Assembly (NCBI GenBank): GCA_965277715.1
Contig: OZ255836.1
Coordinates: 1,024,001-1,088,000, forward strand
Direction: 5' to 3'
From: Gammaproteobacteria bacterium
GTDB taxonomy: Bacteria; Pseudomonadota; Gammaproteobacteria; JBCCGL01
DNA: 64,000 bases
A program made the translations under genes and the position numbers. The notes under the pieces were generated by a model. It did no database searches and was not told the origin of the DNA. It saw only the letters and a program-made list of their open reading frames with translations. The stretch's first letter is position 1. Each line of letters begins with the position of its first letter. Below are positions 9,816 to 20,421 of the stretch, in pieces.

Positions 9816-10032
9816 ACTGGTGATTCCATAACGATATAGATATCAAAGTATTTTGCCTCAAATGTAAGCACAAGGGTAAAGAAAATTTGAAGAGAGGAAT
9901 TGGAGGGGTGAAGGGTGAAAAAACCGAACCGCACTGCCGTTACAGTAAAACTTACACCCGATCAAGGTCGAGTGTAGCGGTTTTGTGCAAGCCCTTAGTA
10001 GTAACCATCAGCAATAGGGAATGGCTTGTTTG

Positions 10033-10425
10033 CTATAAAAGCTTATCGATCAGTTTAGATAATGTGAGAAAAAACCCCATCATGCCAATCAGCAGTACCA
10101 TGTTGCGATTGAGTGCTTTTTGTATCGTCGCTTCAACTTCTGCACGCAGTAAGTCAAATTTTCCTTCAAGGGTTACAAACCTTGCCTCAAGTTTTGCAAA
10201 CTTTCCTTCAAGCCCTAGAAAATCCCCTTTTAGTACCTGCACACTTTCGGTGATTTGATCCATGCGCTGGTCGAGGTGGTTGATATGGTTGTATTGTGAC
10301 TTGAGTAGTAAGGTGTTGGTATCATCATTCGATAGGCCTTCACCGTTGATAAAGCGGGTTTCAATTTCGGCCAGTTTAGGGGCTATCATTTTGATTAACA
10401 TATCATCTACTTTGGTGCTATCCAT
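10033..10425 (-). CDS. Coiled-coil protein with C-terminal TM (DUF1640/CCDC90-like)
   Basis: Heptads LEGKFAK/LEARFVT/LEGKFDL, C-terminal hydrophobic anchor, AGGAG RBS. Confidence 0.65.
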   Translation of the reverse strand: MDSTKVDDMLIKMIAPKLAEIETRFINGEGLSNDDTNTLLLKSQYNHINHLDQRMDQITESVQVLKGDFLGLEGKFAKLEARFVTLEGKFDLLRAEVEATIQKALNRNMVLLIGMMGFFLTLSKLIDKLL

Positions 10426-10560
10426 AGGATTCTCCTGGGTTTAACCTAGAAAAGGACTTGTGCAAACTTTCGTGAGTCAACTACGTTTCCTAGGTTTAAT
10501 CAAGGCCGCAGCAAATAAGGCGCGACGAAAGCAGAGACCAACAGAAAAAACGATCAAAGC

Positions 10561-10594
10561 AAAAAATAAAGGGGTGAAACACTCACCCCTTTAT
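10561..10594 (-). terminator. Intrinsic terminator after msrP
   Basis: ATAAAGGGGTGA...TCACCCCTTTAT stem followed by a T run on the minus strand. Confidence 0.75.
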
Positions 10595-10637
10595 ACCCAC
10601 TGACTAGAGTACAGTTAACACCGATAACGGACTACTA

Positions 10638-11624
10638 TCAAAAGAATCTTTTCAAATCCATATCGTCATACAAATGCGCCACTTGCTCGGCGTATCCGTT
10701 AAACATCAGGGTATCGCGCTTTTTGGAAAACAGTGACGCCAGGCCATCCAGTGAGTCTTTGTCTAGCCTGCGCTCTTTTGCCTGGCTCCAGCGCGGGTGG
10801 CTGACCGTGGGGTTAACATTGGAGTAAAAACCGTATTCACGTGGCGATGCGCTGGTCCAGCTCGATGTTGGCATGGTTTCCTGGAAGGTGATTTTGACAA
10901 TCGACTTGATACTCTTAAAGCCGTATTTCCAGGGCACAACCAGGCGCAAAGGCGCGCCATTCTGATTCGGCATTTTCTCCCCATAAACCCCTGTGGCAAT
11001 CAAGGTCAAAGGGTTCATGGCTTCATCCATACGCAAACCTTCCACGTAGGGCCATTGCAGGATGGGCCGCTGTTGTGCCCGCAGGTTGTCCGGGTCGAAG
11101 ATCGTTTCAAATTTTACGTATTTTGCCTCGGCGCGTGGCTTAAAACGCTTTAACAAATCACCCAGTGGAAAACCATTCCAGGGAATAACCATCGACCAGG
11201 CTTCAACACAGCGCATACGGTAGATACGCTCTTCTATCGGGTGTGGTTTGAGAATGTCTTCGAGGGTAAATTTGCCAGGGGCATCGCAGGCACCGTTGAC
11301 TTCAACCGACCAGGGGTCGGTGACTAATTGATCCGCATTTTCTGCCGGGTCATTTTTGCCGGTGCCGAGTTCATAAAAATTGTTATAACTGGTGATTTGT
11401 TCGAGGGTACTGAGGGTGTCGCCGTCCTCCAGTTTGTAACCAGTCTCTACGACATTGGTTAATTTTTCCCCCGCCGACACGGCGGCGCTACCCAATAAGA
11501 GCGGTGGTGCAATTGTGGTGCCCAATGCCAGGGAGGCGGCTTTAATAATACGGCGGCGCTGGCGAAATACAGTTGGGTCAGTAATCTCAGACGAATTGAT
11601 ATCAGAGGAATGTTTAATTAGCAC
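10638..11624 (-). CDS. msrP: Protein-methionine-sulfoxide reductase catalytic subunit MsrP
   Basis: SSEIT, Tat RRR signal, YNNFYE, RMRCVEAWS, NGAPLRLVVPWKYGFKSIK, HPRWSQ. Confidence 0.95.
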   Translation of the reverse strand: MLIKHSSDINSSEITDPTVFRQRRRIIKAASLALGTTIAPPLLLGSAAVSAGEKLTNVVETGYKLEDGDTLSTLEQITSYNNFYELGTGKNDPAENADQLVTDPWSVEVNGACDAPGKFTLEDILKPHPIEERIYRMRCVEAWSMVIPWNGFPLGDLLKRFKPRAEAKYVKFETIFDPDNLRAQQRPILQWPYVEGLRMDEAMNPLTLIATGVYGEKMPNQNGAPLRLVVPWKYGFKSIKSIVKITFQETMPTSSWTSASPREYGFYSNVNPTVSHPRWSQAKERRLDKDSLDGLASLFSKKRDTLMFNGYAEQVAHLYDDMDLKRFF

Positions 11625-11737
11625 AGGTTGTCAGCTCCTGGTTATCCGCATTGCGGTATTATTGGATAGTGATTGATCGTGTGTAGAGTGTCGTTGCACT
11701 GTAAAGTTCCGCTTGGTATTTGACAAGCGGGATAAGC

Positions 11738-14700
11738 TCAAACCCATACCCGCGCATTACGAAACATGCGCATCCACGGCCCGTCTTCCGGCCTGTCTTC
11801 TGGCCTGTCTTCTGGCCTGCGGGGTGGGCGCCAGGTATTTAGCACGCTGCGAAATACGCGCTCGGGGTGTGGCATCATAATGGTGAAACGGCCATCGTCA
11901 TTGCACAGGCCAGTGATTCCGTCGGTGCTGCCATTGGGATTGGCGGGGTAATCGTGCGCCACAGCGCCGTGGTTATCGACAAAACGCAGCGCAATGTTGG
12001 CATTTACACGTGCATCCTGTGTATCAAAAACAGCCCTACCCTCACCGTGCGCAACGGCCACAGGAATACGTGACCCCGCCATACCGCGCAATAATATCGA
12101 GTGCGAGGCCTGCACTTCCACCACGCTGAAACGCGCTTCATACTGCGCGGACAAATTGCCTTTAAAGCGTGGCCAGTGGTCGGCACCAGGAATCAAACCA
12201 CCCAACTGCGAGAACATTTGGCAACCATTGCAGACACCTAACCCGAACACATCCTCACGGGCAAAGAAGCGTGAAAATTCATCATGTGCACGCGGGTTGT
12301 ACAAAATAGTACTGGCCCAACCGCTGCCACCACCGAGCACATCACCATAGGAAAAACCACCACAGGCAACCAACCCACGAAACGGATCGAGCGTTAATCG
12401 CCCGGCGATAATGTCACTCATATGCACATCGACAGGGCAAAACCCCGCCCGGTCAAATGCAGCGGCCATCTCAACCTGGCTGTTCACACCCTGCTCGCGC
12501 AATATGGCGATGCGCGGGCGCGCACCCTGATTAATCAGCGGCGCGGTGATGTCCTCGCCAGGGTCAAAATTAACGCAAGAAGTAAGCCCCGGGTCATTGT
12601 CTGTGCAAATCCGGGCAAACTCCTGATCCGCACAATCGGGGTTATCGCGCAAACGCTGCATACGGTAGCTGGTTTCCCACCAGCTTTTGCGCAACGCGCT
12701 GAGTGTATTTTGGTAGCGTGTTTCCCCGGCGTGCACAATTGACACCTGACGCTGCGGATTTAATGAAGCGATAACCGAGGTACAACCGTCCAGTTGATAG
12801 GCCTCCAGCAACGTTTGTACGGCCAGGCGGTCCCCGGTGCGAATTTGTACTACGGCGCCCAGCTCTTCGTTGAACAGAAAAGGCAACACCGTTGCAGACT
12901 CACTGGGCACGACAATATCGACACCTGTGTGGCCTGCAAATGCCATTTCACAGAGGCAGGTAAACACACCGCCGTCTGAGCGGTCGTGATAAGCCAATAG
13001 CAGGGAAGCGGCGTTAAGCGCCTGGATAGCGGCGAAGAATTGTCTGAGCATTTCGCTCGAATCGACATCCGGCGTCTCATTACCCACTTGCCGGTAAACC
13101 TGCGCCAGGGCCGAGCCACCTAAACGATTCCGGGCGTTACCTAAATCGATAAGCAGCAATTCGCTCTCCCCACAATCGCTGCGCAATTGCGGGGTCAACG
13201 TCTTGCGCACATCGGTAACAGGGGCAAAGGCGCTAACGACTAAGGACAGCGGTGAACTAATGCTGCACGGGCCGGATTCAGCCTGCCAGACAGTCTTCAT
13301 CGAAAGCGAATCCTTACCCACCGGAATAGCGATACCGAGCGCGGGACACAGCGATTCACCAACAGCCTGCACGGTGTCGTACAACGCGGCATCCTCTCCC
13401 GCGTGCCCAGCGGCGGCCATCCAGTTGGCGGAAAGCTTGATATCGCCAATCGCCGCAATAGCGCTTGCTGCTATATTAGTCAACGCCTCACCGATCGCCA
13501 TGCGACCAGAGGCAGCGGGGTCGATCAACGCCAGCGGGCTGCGCTCCCCCATCGCCATCGCCTCCCCCGTATACCCCCGGTAGTCAGCGGCAGTCACCGC
13601 CACATCGGCCACAGGCATCTGCCACGGGCCAACCAGTTGATCGCGGCAGGTTTGCCCACCCACTGAACGGTCGCCAATGGTAATCAAAAAGTTTTTACTG
13701 GCCACCGACGGCAGGTGCAGCACACGCTCAATGGCCTCGGCCAGGTCGATACCGTGCGTATCAAACGGCTTCTGGCTAAACAACTGCCGGGTAACATTGC
13801 GTTGCGTCTTCGGCGGTTTACCCAGCAACACATCCAGCGGCATATCCACCGGGTTATTATCAAACTGACGGTCGTGCACATGCAAATGTGGCGCCTCAGT
13901 GGCCACCCCCAGCAGTGCATAAGGACAACGCTCGCGTGCGCAGATAGCGATAAACTGATCCAGTGCAGACTGTTGAATTGCCAGCACATAACGCTCCTGC
14001 GACTCATTGCACCACAACGCCATCGGCGACATACCCGGTTCATCACTGGGTATTTCCCGCAGCTCAAACTGCGCGCCGCAGCCCGCATCGTTAACCAGCT
14101 CGGGCAGAGCGTTCGACAAACCGCCCGCCCCCACGTCGTGAATCGAGACGATGGGGGTAGCCCCACCCAGTGCATTACAGGCATCGATAACCTCCTGGCA
14201 GCGCCGCTGCATTTCTGCATTGCCACGCTGTACCGAGGCAAAATCGAGATCCTCACTGCTGCTGCCACTGGACACACTCGACGCCGCACCCCCACCCAGG
14301 CCAATCAACATCGCCGCCCCACCGAGCACAACGATAGGTGTGCCAGCGGTAAACAACTGTTTATCTACATGCATGGGGCGAATATTGCCCAGGCCGCCTG
14401 CAATCATAATGGGCTTATGGTAGCCACGTAGCTCGCGTCGGCCTGGAAACTCGACTTCACTTTCAAACGTGCGGAAATACCCCGTCAGGTTAGGCCGTCC
14501 AAATTCATTGTTAAACGACGCGGCACCAATGGGGCCATCTCGCATAATCTCCAGCGCTGAGGCGATGCGGCCCGGTTTGCCATAATCCGTCTCCCAAGGT
14601 TGTTCAAAGCCGGGGATGCGCAAATTTGACACCGAGAAACCGCATAACCCCGCCTTGGGTTTCGAGCCAGTGCCCGTGGCGCCCTCATCGCGAATCTCGC

Positions 14701-15640
14701 CGCCACTGCCCGTCGCCGCACCGGGAAAAGGTGATATAGCGGTGGGGTGGTTGTGCGTCTCCACTTTAATCTGAATATTAATGGCCTCACTGTGGCCTGC
14801 GTATTCACCCGTGAGTGGATTGGCAAAATAACGCTGCCCCACATTGCCGACAATCACCGCCGCGTTATCGCTGTAAGCCGATAACACGCCCTCTGGCGCA
14901 CATTGATGAGTGTGCTTAATCATCGAAAACAACGAGCCTGGTTTTTGCTCGCCATCAATCACCCAATCGGCATTGAAAATTTTGTGCCGGCAATGTTCAG
15001 AATTGGCCTGGGCAAACATCATCAACTCCATATCCGTGGGGTTGCGTTGCAAGGCTATAAAGTTTTCGACCAGGTAATCAATTTCATCTGCCGACAACGC
15101 CAGCCCTAATGATGCGTTTGCCTCCTCCAATGCACTGCGGCCATCGACCAGTACATCGATAACCGCCAACACCCCTGGGGCTTGCTTGCAGAACAAGGCC
15201 TCTGCTGCATCGGGTGAATGCAGGCATGACTCTGTCATCCGGTCATGCAGCAATGGCAATAATTGTGCGCGCTGTGTTTGGTCTAGCGCTGTGGTGGATT
15301 TGATTTGATAAAAAATGCCGCGCTCCACGCGCTTCACAACACCCAGCCCACAGTTATGCAAAATATCCGTTGCCTTGGAAGACCAGGGTGAAATAGTACC
15401 CAGCCTCGGCACCACATATAAATCAGTCGTATAAGCTGCGTTGCTGCTGATAAAGGGTTGATAATCTAGCAGGTGATTCAGCTTGGCTTTATCCGCCGCC
15501 TGATCGATGCTGGCGCAATCGAGCCAGTGAACATACTGGCTTTGCAGGCCCTCAACACCGGGAACCACCGCACGCAGCCGTTCCAGCAGTGCCGCACAAC
15601 GAAAATCAGAGAGCGCCTGCGAGCCTGGGAAAATGAGCAT
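11738..15640 (-). CDS. purL: Phosphoribosylformylglycinamidine synthase (large PurL)
   Basis: [37 protein letters not shown]; 1300 aa. Confidence 0.97.
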   Translation of the reverse strand: MLIFPGSQALSDFRCAALLERLRAVVPGVEGLQSQYVHWLDCASIDQAADKAKLNHLLDYQPFISSNAAYTTDLYVVPRLGTISPWSSKATDILHNCGLGVVKRVERGIFYQIKSTTALDQTQRAQLLPLLHDRMTESCLHSPDAAEALFCKQAPGVLAVIDVLVDGRSALEEANASLGLALSADEIDYLVENFIALQRNPTDMELMMFAQANSEHCRHKIFNADWVIDGEQKPGSLFSMIKHTHQCAPEGVLSAYSDNAAVIVGNVGQRYFANPLTGEYAGHSEAINIQIKVETHNHPTAISPFPGAATGSGGEIRDEGATGTGSKPKAGLCGFSVSNLRIPGFEQPWETDYGKPGRIASALEIMRDGPIGAASFNNEFGRPNLTGYFRTFESEVEFPGRRELRGYHKPIMIAGGLGNIRPMHVDKQLFTAGTPIVVLGGAAMLIGLGGGAASSVSSGSSSEDLDFASVQRGNAEMQRRCQEVIDACNALGGATPIVSIHDVGAGGLSNALPELVNDAGCGAQFELREIPSDEPGMSPMALWCNESQERYVLAIQQSALDQFIAICARERCPYALLGVATEAPHLHVHDRQFDNNPVDMPLDVLLGKPPKTQRNVTRQLFSQKPFDTHGIDLAEAIERVLHLPSVASKNFLITIGDRSVGGQTCRDQLVGPWQMPVADVAVTAADYRGYTGEAMAMGERSPLALIDPAASGRMAIGEALTNIAASAIAAIGDIKLSANWMAAAGHAGEDAALYDTVQAVGESLCPALGIAIPVGKDSLSMKTVWQAESGPCSISSPLSLVVSAFAPVTDVRKTLTPQLRSDCGESELLLIDLGNARNRLGGSALAQVYRQVGNETPDVDSSEMLRQFFAAIQALNAASLLLAYHDRSDGGVFTCLCEMAFAGHTGVDIVVPSESATVLPFLFNEELGAVVQIRTGDRLAVQTLLEAYQLDGCTSVIASLNPQRQVSIVHAGETRYQNTLSALRKSWWETSYRMQRLRDNPDCADQEFARICTDNDPGLTSCVNFDPGEDITAPLINQGARPRIAILREQGVNSQVEMAAAFDRAGFCPVDVHMSDIIAGRLTLDPFRGLVACGGFSYGDVLGGGSGWASTILYNPRAHDEFSRFFAREDVFGLGVCNGCQMFSQLGGLIPGADHWPRFKGNLSAQYEARFSVVEVQASHSILLRGMAGSRIPVAVAHGEGRAVFDTQDARVNANIALRFVDNHGAVAHDYPANPNGSTDGITGLCNDDGRFTIMMPHPERVFRSVLNTWRPPRRPEDRPEDRPEDGPWMRMFRNARVWV
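11783..11818. repeat. Three copies of a 12-bp in-frame tandem repeat near the purL 3' end (RPED x3)
   Basis: GTCTTCCGGCCT GTCTTCTGGCCT GTCTTCTGGCCT. Confidence 0.85.
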
Positions 15641-15865
15641 AAACAGTCTTTACTGGCAGTTGTTAAGAAAGCCCGCAATCATAATCGAAAAGCGCGATAC
15701 CAACCAATTTATCCTCAAGCGGAAAGCGTAGAATCGTGTGCTGAACAACAAAAATTGCTGCTGGCAAAAACAAACGCTATGATCAAATACTAACCGGCGT
15801 ACTTCACAACAAACACAACACACACCCATCCCACTCACCACCCGATCCCACAGGAAATACCCCCT

Positions 15866-17065
15866 ATGGACTTTACCCTTTCCGCCAAAATAAACGACTT
15901 TAGGTTACGTATCCGTGCCTTTGTAGAGCACCACCTTATCCCACTCGAACAGGACCGGGATGCCTATGATGAAGGCGAGAATATCAACCAACACCACCTC
16001 AAGCGCTTGCGTGAAAAAGCCCGCCAGGAAGGCCTATGGAATCTGCAACTCAGCGAGCGATGGGGCGGGCAAAATATTGGCATCGTCGGCATGGCCGCCT
16101 GCTACGAAGAAATGAACCGCTCAATTTTTGGCCCCGTGGTGTTCAACAGCGCAGCCCCGGACGATGGCAATATGATGGTGCTGGAAAAGGTGGCCAGCGA
16201 TGCGCAAGCCGAGCGATGGCTGCGCCCCATCGCCGAGGGCGACGTGCGCTCGGCCTTTATAATGACAGAACCCGCCCCCGGTTCCGGTTCCGACCCCGCT
16301 GGGATGATGAAAACCACCGCCACACGCGAGGGGGATAACTGGGTAATCAACGGTCACAAATGGTTTATCACCGGCGCAGGCGTCGCCGCACACTTTATTT
16401 TAATTGCGCGCACCTCAAACGACCCGCGCAAAGGGCTAACGGCTTTTTTATTCCACAAAGACGACCCCGGCTGGGAGCTGGTGCGCCGTATCCCCATCAT
16501 GGGGCCAGAGGAACACGGCGGGCATTGCGAACTCACCTTCAACAACCTGATAATCCCAGATGAAAACCGCCTGATGGCCGTCGGTGACGGTTTAAAGCTA
16601 ACGCAAATCCGGCTTGGCACAGCGCGGCTCACCCATTGCATGCGCTGGCTGGGGTTAGCCCGGCGCACCCTGGAAATTGCCGGGCACTACGTAGAAAACC
16701 GGCGGGCATTTGGCGACACCCTGGCCAACCGGGAGAGCGTGCAGTGGCTACTGGGCGAATCGGCCATGGCGATCCACACCGGGCGACTACTCACCATGCA
16801 CGCCGCCTGGAAACTCGACCAGGGCGACTTCGCCCGCAAAGAGGTCTCTATGGCAAAAGTGGCGGTTGCCGACACGCTACACAAATCCGTCGATACCGCT
16901 ATTCAGCTTTGCGGTGCACACGGCTATTCAAAAGATACCGTGCTGGAATGGATATACCGTTACGCCCGCCAGGCACGCCTCGTCGATGGTGCCTCTGAAG
17001 TGCATAAAATGGTGTTATCGCGTTCCCTTATTAGAGAGGGCAATGATTTTTGGTCTTGGAATTAA
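15866..17065 (+). CDS. Acyl-CoA dehydrogenase family protein
   Basis: APDDGNM, MTEPAPGSGSD, INGHKWFITGA, RLVDGASEVH. Confidence 0.9.
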   Translation: MDFTLSAKINDFRLRIRAFVEHHLIPLEQDRDAYDEGENINQHHLKRLREKARQEGLWNLQLSERWGGQNIGIVGMAACYEEMNRSIFGPVVFNSAAPDDGNMMVLEKVASDAQAERWLRPIAEGDVRSAFIMTEPAPGSGSDPAGMMKTTATREGDNWVINGHKWFITGAGVAAHFILIARTSNDPRKGLTAFLFHKDDPGWELVRRIPIMGPEEHGGHCELTFNNLIIPDENRLMAVGDGLKLTQIRLGTARLTHCMRWLGLARRTLEIAGHYVENRRAFGDTLANRESVQWLLGESAMAIHTGRLLTMHAAWKLDQGDFARKEVSMAKVAVADTLHKSVDTAIQLCGAHGYSKDTVLEWIYRYARQARLVDGASEVHKMVLSRSLIREGNDFWSWN

Positions 17066-17120
17066 ACACATAATTCGCTGGCGCGCACCCAGTGCTTGCA
17101 CTAGAATTGCGCGTTCCGGT

Positions 17121-17492
17121 GGGGGCGACCTGGCTTCGACGAGGGTGGCAAAACCGGAGGTGCATGCCGAGGGGTAGATGACCTCGTAAATCCAGCTACA
17201 CACTTTATAGTTGCCAACGACGACAACTACGCACTGGCCGCTTAATCGAACCTAAACCTTCGTTTTAGGCGTACTACCCTGATTCTGTCTTGTCTGTCAT
17301 TCAGACCAGGGGCTACAGCGACAGAACCGCGATGACGGAGGCCTCTGCCTAATTCGTTAAACCTTTTGAGGATCGCCGATCCCTCCCCTGTTCGTCGGGG
17401 TTGGAAACGTTAAAGCTAAAGACGAAACTAAGCATGTAGTACCAATGGCGGAGTGCTTTCGGACGCGGGTTCGATTCCCGCCGCCTCCACCA
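17121..17492 (+). ncRNA. ssrA: tmRNA (transfer-messenger RNA)
   Basis: 5' GGGGGCGA pairs with 3' CGCCTCCACCA; T-arm GGGTTCGATTCCC; tag frame 17213-17245 reads ANDDNYALAA*; TAGAAT -10 box at 17102. Confidence 0.97.
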
Positions 17493-17505
17493 TTTTTATG
17501 GTGAC

Positions 17506-17552
17506 AACCCGTCTATCCAGAGTAACTCTCTGGGTAGACGGGGTTTCTTTTT
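17506..17552 (+). terminator. Hairpin terminator after ssrA
   Basis: CCCGTCTATCCAGAG...CTCTGGGTAGACGGG followed by a T-rich tail. Confidence 0.7.
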
Positions 17553-17753
17553 CCCCTTGTATTCAAAGCGTTTCGGGCGTTTTGACATCTTTCCGAAACC
17601 TCTCTCCAGCCACCTGATTCTCTCCATCCTTCCCACGTTCATTCTCTGTTTGGGCCGGTATTCTCTGTTTTCTTCGGACAGGGTCCGACACGCGTCCGGT
17701 TGCAGATATCCTTTCAGATTAAGCATTTAGCCGAATGACGGTGTTTTGCGGTT

Positions 17754-18446
17754 GTGTTAAGACCTCAAATGGTCATGGCATGGCTCAGGGCCGACGGTGA
17801 CTTCCGACTTTTCAAACGTCCCATCCGGGCGCACCGGCTGGTCAGGGAATCGACCTTTCACGAGCTGATGGCCGAGGCGGACAACCAGACCACCGTCCTC
17901 ATGGGCCACACCCGCTGGCGCACCCGGGGCAGCGAAGCAAACAGTCGCAACAACCACCCCATTCGTTCCGGCATCATCATCGGCACCCATAACGGCACCA
18001 TCTACAACGCTGATTACCTGTTCCGAAGGCTTGGCCTGCCTCGTTATGCCGAAGTGGACAGCGAGCTGCTTTTCAGGCTGGCTGACCGTTTCGCACCCGA
18101 CGGAACCATTGACAGTCGAGGCTTCCGCAAAGCCCTGCGTCTGTGTTGGGGCCAGATGAGCGCGGTGTTGGCCTCACGGCTCGATCCCCGGGCCATTACC
18201 GTCATCAAGGGGAACAAGCCGCTGTCGCTGCGTTACAGCCGCAAACACCGGGCGGTGCTCTACGCCTCGGAACCGGAATACATCGAAGCCGCTCTGGATG
18301 ACTTGCGTGGCTGGCGTAAGCTGGAAATTCCGCCGCTCACCATACTGACCTTCCGCCATGAAACCCTCAAGAAGTGGCAGAGCCATCCCTTCAAATTTGT
18401 CTGTCAGGAACGCAAAGGAACCTTACCCGAAGGAGTGAAAGCATGA
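17754..18446 (+). pseudogene. N-terminally truncated class II glutamine amidotransferase (prophage/ICE type)
   Basis: GHTRWRTRG, NNHP, HNGTI, VDSE and YASE motifs present, but the catalytic N-terminal MCG is missing. Confidence 0.75.
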
Positions 18447-18943
18447 AGAATTACGACAACCATCTCCGGCTTTTTGTTTACGGGACCCTCAAAAAGGGAT
18501 TCTGGAACTTTGATCGGTTCTGCACCCGGGCCGCCAGCATCGAACCTGCCACCACTTGGGGCAGGCTCTACCACCTGCCAGCGGGATTCCCTGCCTTGGA
18601 AGTCCCGGAGAGCAGCGTACTGGCCACCGGCACCGCCGATCCGCTGGCCGATACCCAGACACAGAACACCATCGAGCTACCTGAGAATGCCATGATCCGA
18701 CCGGAAGGCGACTGGGATCTGGTTCATGGAGAGCTGATGACCTTAGCCAACCCCGGCTTCGATCTGCCGCCCATCGACCGGCTGGAGGCATTCGATCCCA
18801 ATGGCTGCTGTGTTTATACGTGGGCTCTGGTGACGGTGGAGACCAACGACTTGATCCGGTCCGTTTGGCTGTACAATTACAAGCTCGGCCATAATGCTGA
18901 AAGGATTGCCTCGGGATACTGGTATCCATCAAAACAGAACTAA
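18443..18943 (+). CDS. Gamma-glutamylcyclotransferase (AIG2-like)
   Basis: LFVYGTLKKG...VHGE...IDRLE motif; GGAG RBS; ATGA overlap with the upstream gene. Confidence 0.85.
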   Translation: MKNYDNHLRLFVYGTLKKGFWNFDRFCTRAASIEPATTWGRLYHLPAGFPALEVPESSVLATGTADPLADTQTQNTIELPENAMIRPEGDWDLVHGELMTLANPGFDLPPIDRLEAFDPNGCCVYTWALVTVETNDLIRSVWLYNYKLGHNAERIASGYWYPSKQN

Positions 18944-19099
18944 ATCGGCTTAAATCGGCAAAAAACATTTAACTTCGGGCTTTCATTTCAGTATATTTAC
19001 AGGGTGAATTAAAGTGGGAGTGTTGTTTTTGCAGCATTCCTTAACTGCCTCTGTTGAGGTCATGGCAAAACGCAATAGCCCCCAAGAGGAGTATGAGAC

Positions 19100-19315
19100 A
19101 TGGCAGAAATAGATGATCGCTGGTTGTCAGTGGACGAAATATGCAAATACCTTGGGATCGGTAAGGATACCGTCTACAAATGGATCGATAAGCACGGCAT
19201 GCCCGCTCATCGCATGGGACGACTGTGGAAATTCAAAAAAGAACAGGTCGACGCATGGGTTGAGGCTGGTGGCGCCCAAACATCCTCTTCTAACGATAGT
19301 GAGGAACAGAAATAA
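19100..19315 (+). CDS. Excisionase-like helix-turn-helix protein (HTH_17)
   Basis: WLSVDEICKYLGIGKDTVYKWI...PAHRMGRLWKF; GAGGAG RBS; coupled to the MTase gene. Confidence 0.85.
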   Translation: MAEIDDRWLSVDEICKYLGIGKDTVYKWIDKHGMPAHRMGRLWKFKKEQVDAWVEAGGAQTSSSNDSEEQK

Positions 19316-20409
19316 TGGGTAGTAAGGGCACATATAAAGAACAGACTGCTTCACGGTACACGATAGGCGCAGTGGATTTGTTTTGTGGTGCCGGTGGATT
19401 GACTCGTGGACTCGAAAAATCAGGTATTGCCGTCAACCTTGGAATAGATATAGATCCGGCTTGTGAATATCCTTATGCTGCCAACAACAAAGCCGACTTT
19501 TTACTGAAATCCGTCGATGATGTCGATGCCTCCGAACTGCTGGCCGCATACAATGGTGCCGACCTAAAGCTCCTCGCCGGTTGTGCTCCTTGTCAGACAT
19601 TTTCTTCGTACAATCAAAAGGCGGATTCATCGGACAAACGATGGTGGCTGCTCCTGCAGTTTTCACGTCTGATCAAAGAGACCGAACCGGAACTCGTGAC
19701 CATGGAAAACGTTCCTGGATTGATGGATCAGGATGTCTTCAGGGAATTTGTCGACGATTTGGAAGAAAGAAACTATCACGTCGATTACAAGGTCGTGAAT
19801 TGTGCTGAATACGGCTTGCCTCAACAGCGAAACCGCTTGGTACTGCTCGCTTCGCAATTGGGGCCGATCAAGTTGCTCAGCCCGAAAGAATTCAAGAGAA
19901 AAGCCAAAACCGTCAAGGAAGCCATCGGTAAGCTGCCTGCGATCGAAGCGGGAGCGATCGACCCAAAAGATCCACTACACCAAAGCTCCAGCCTTTCCGA
20001 AACCAACTATCAGCGCATACTCGTTTCCAAGCCGGGCGGAACATGGCGTGACTGGCCCGAGGATCTCGTGGCCGACTGTCACAAGAAGAAGAGCGGGAAA
20101 ACCTATCCAAGCGTGTATGGCCGGATGAGCTGGGACGAACCTGCACCGACCATAACCACGCAGTTTTTCGGTTTCGGCAACGGCCGGTTTGGACACGCCG
20201 AACAAAACAGGGCGATCTCTCTACGTGAAGGCGCGATCCTCCAGGGTTTCACCAAAAAATACAAATTCACGGCACCCGGTGAACCTATCAGAAAAAAGGT
20301 GCTCGGTCGTCTTATCGGAAATGCGGTCCCCGTAAAGCTCGGGGAGCTCATTGGTAAAAGCATTTTGAATCATGTGACGGAGTACAACGCTTCCGTCTGC
20401 GAAGTATAG
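19315..20409 (+). CDS. DNA (cytosine-5) methyltransferase (Dcm/DrmMII-like)
   Basis: DLFCGAGG, GCAPCQ (PC), ENV, QQRNR, LIGNAVP motifs. Confidence 0.93.
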   Translation: MGSKGTYKEQTASRYTIGAVDLFCGAGGLTRGLEKSGIAVNLGIDIDPACEYPYAANNKADFLLKSVDDVDASELLAAYNGADLKLLAGCAPCQTFSSYNQKADSSDKRWWLLLQFSRLIKETEPELVTMENVPGLMDQDVFREFVDDLEERNYHVDYKVVNCAEYGLPQQRNRLVLLASQLGPIKLLSPKEFKRKAKTVKEAIGKLPAIEAGAIDPKDPLHQSSSLSETNYQRILVSKPGGTWRDWPEDLVADCHKKKSGKTYPSVYGRMSWDEPAPTITTQFFGFGNGRFGHAEQNRAISLREGAILQGFTKKYKFTAPGEPIRKKVLGRLIGNAVPVKLGELIGKSILNHVTEYNASVCEV

Positions 20410-20421
20410 ACGGAGAGCTCA

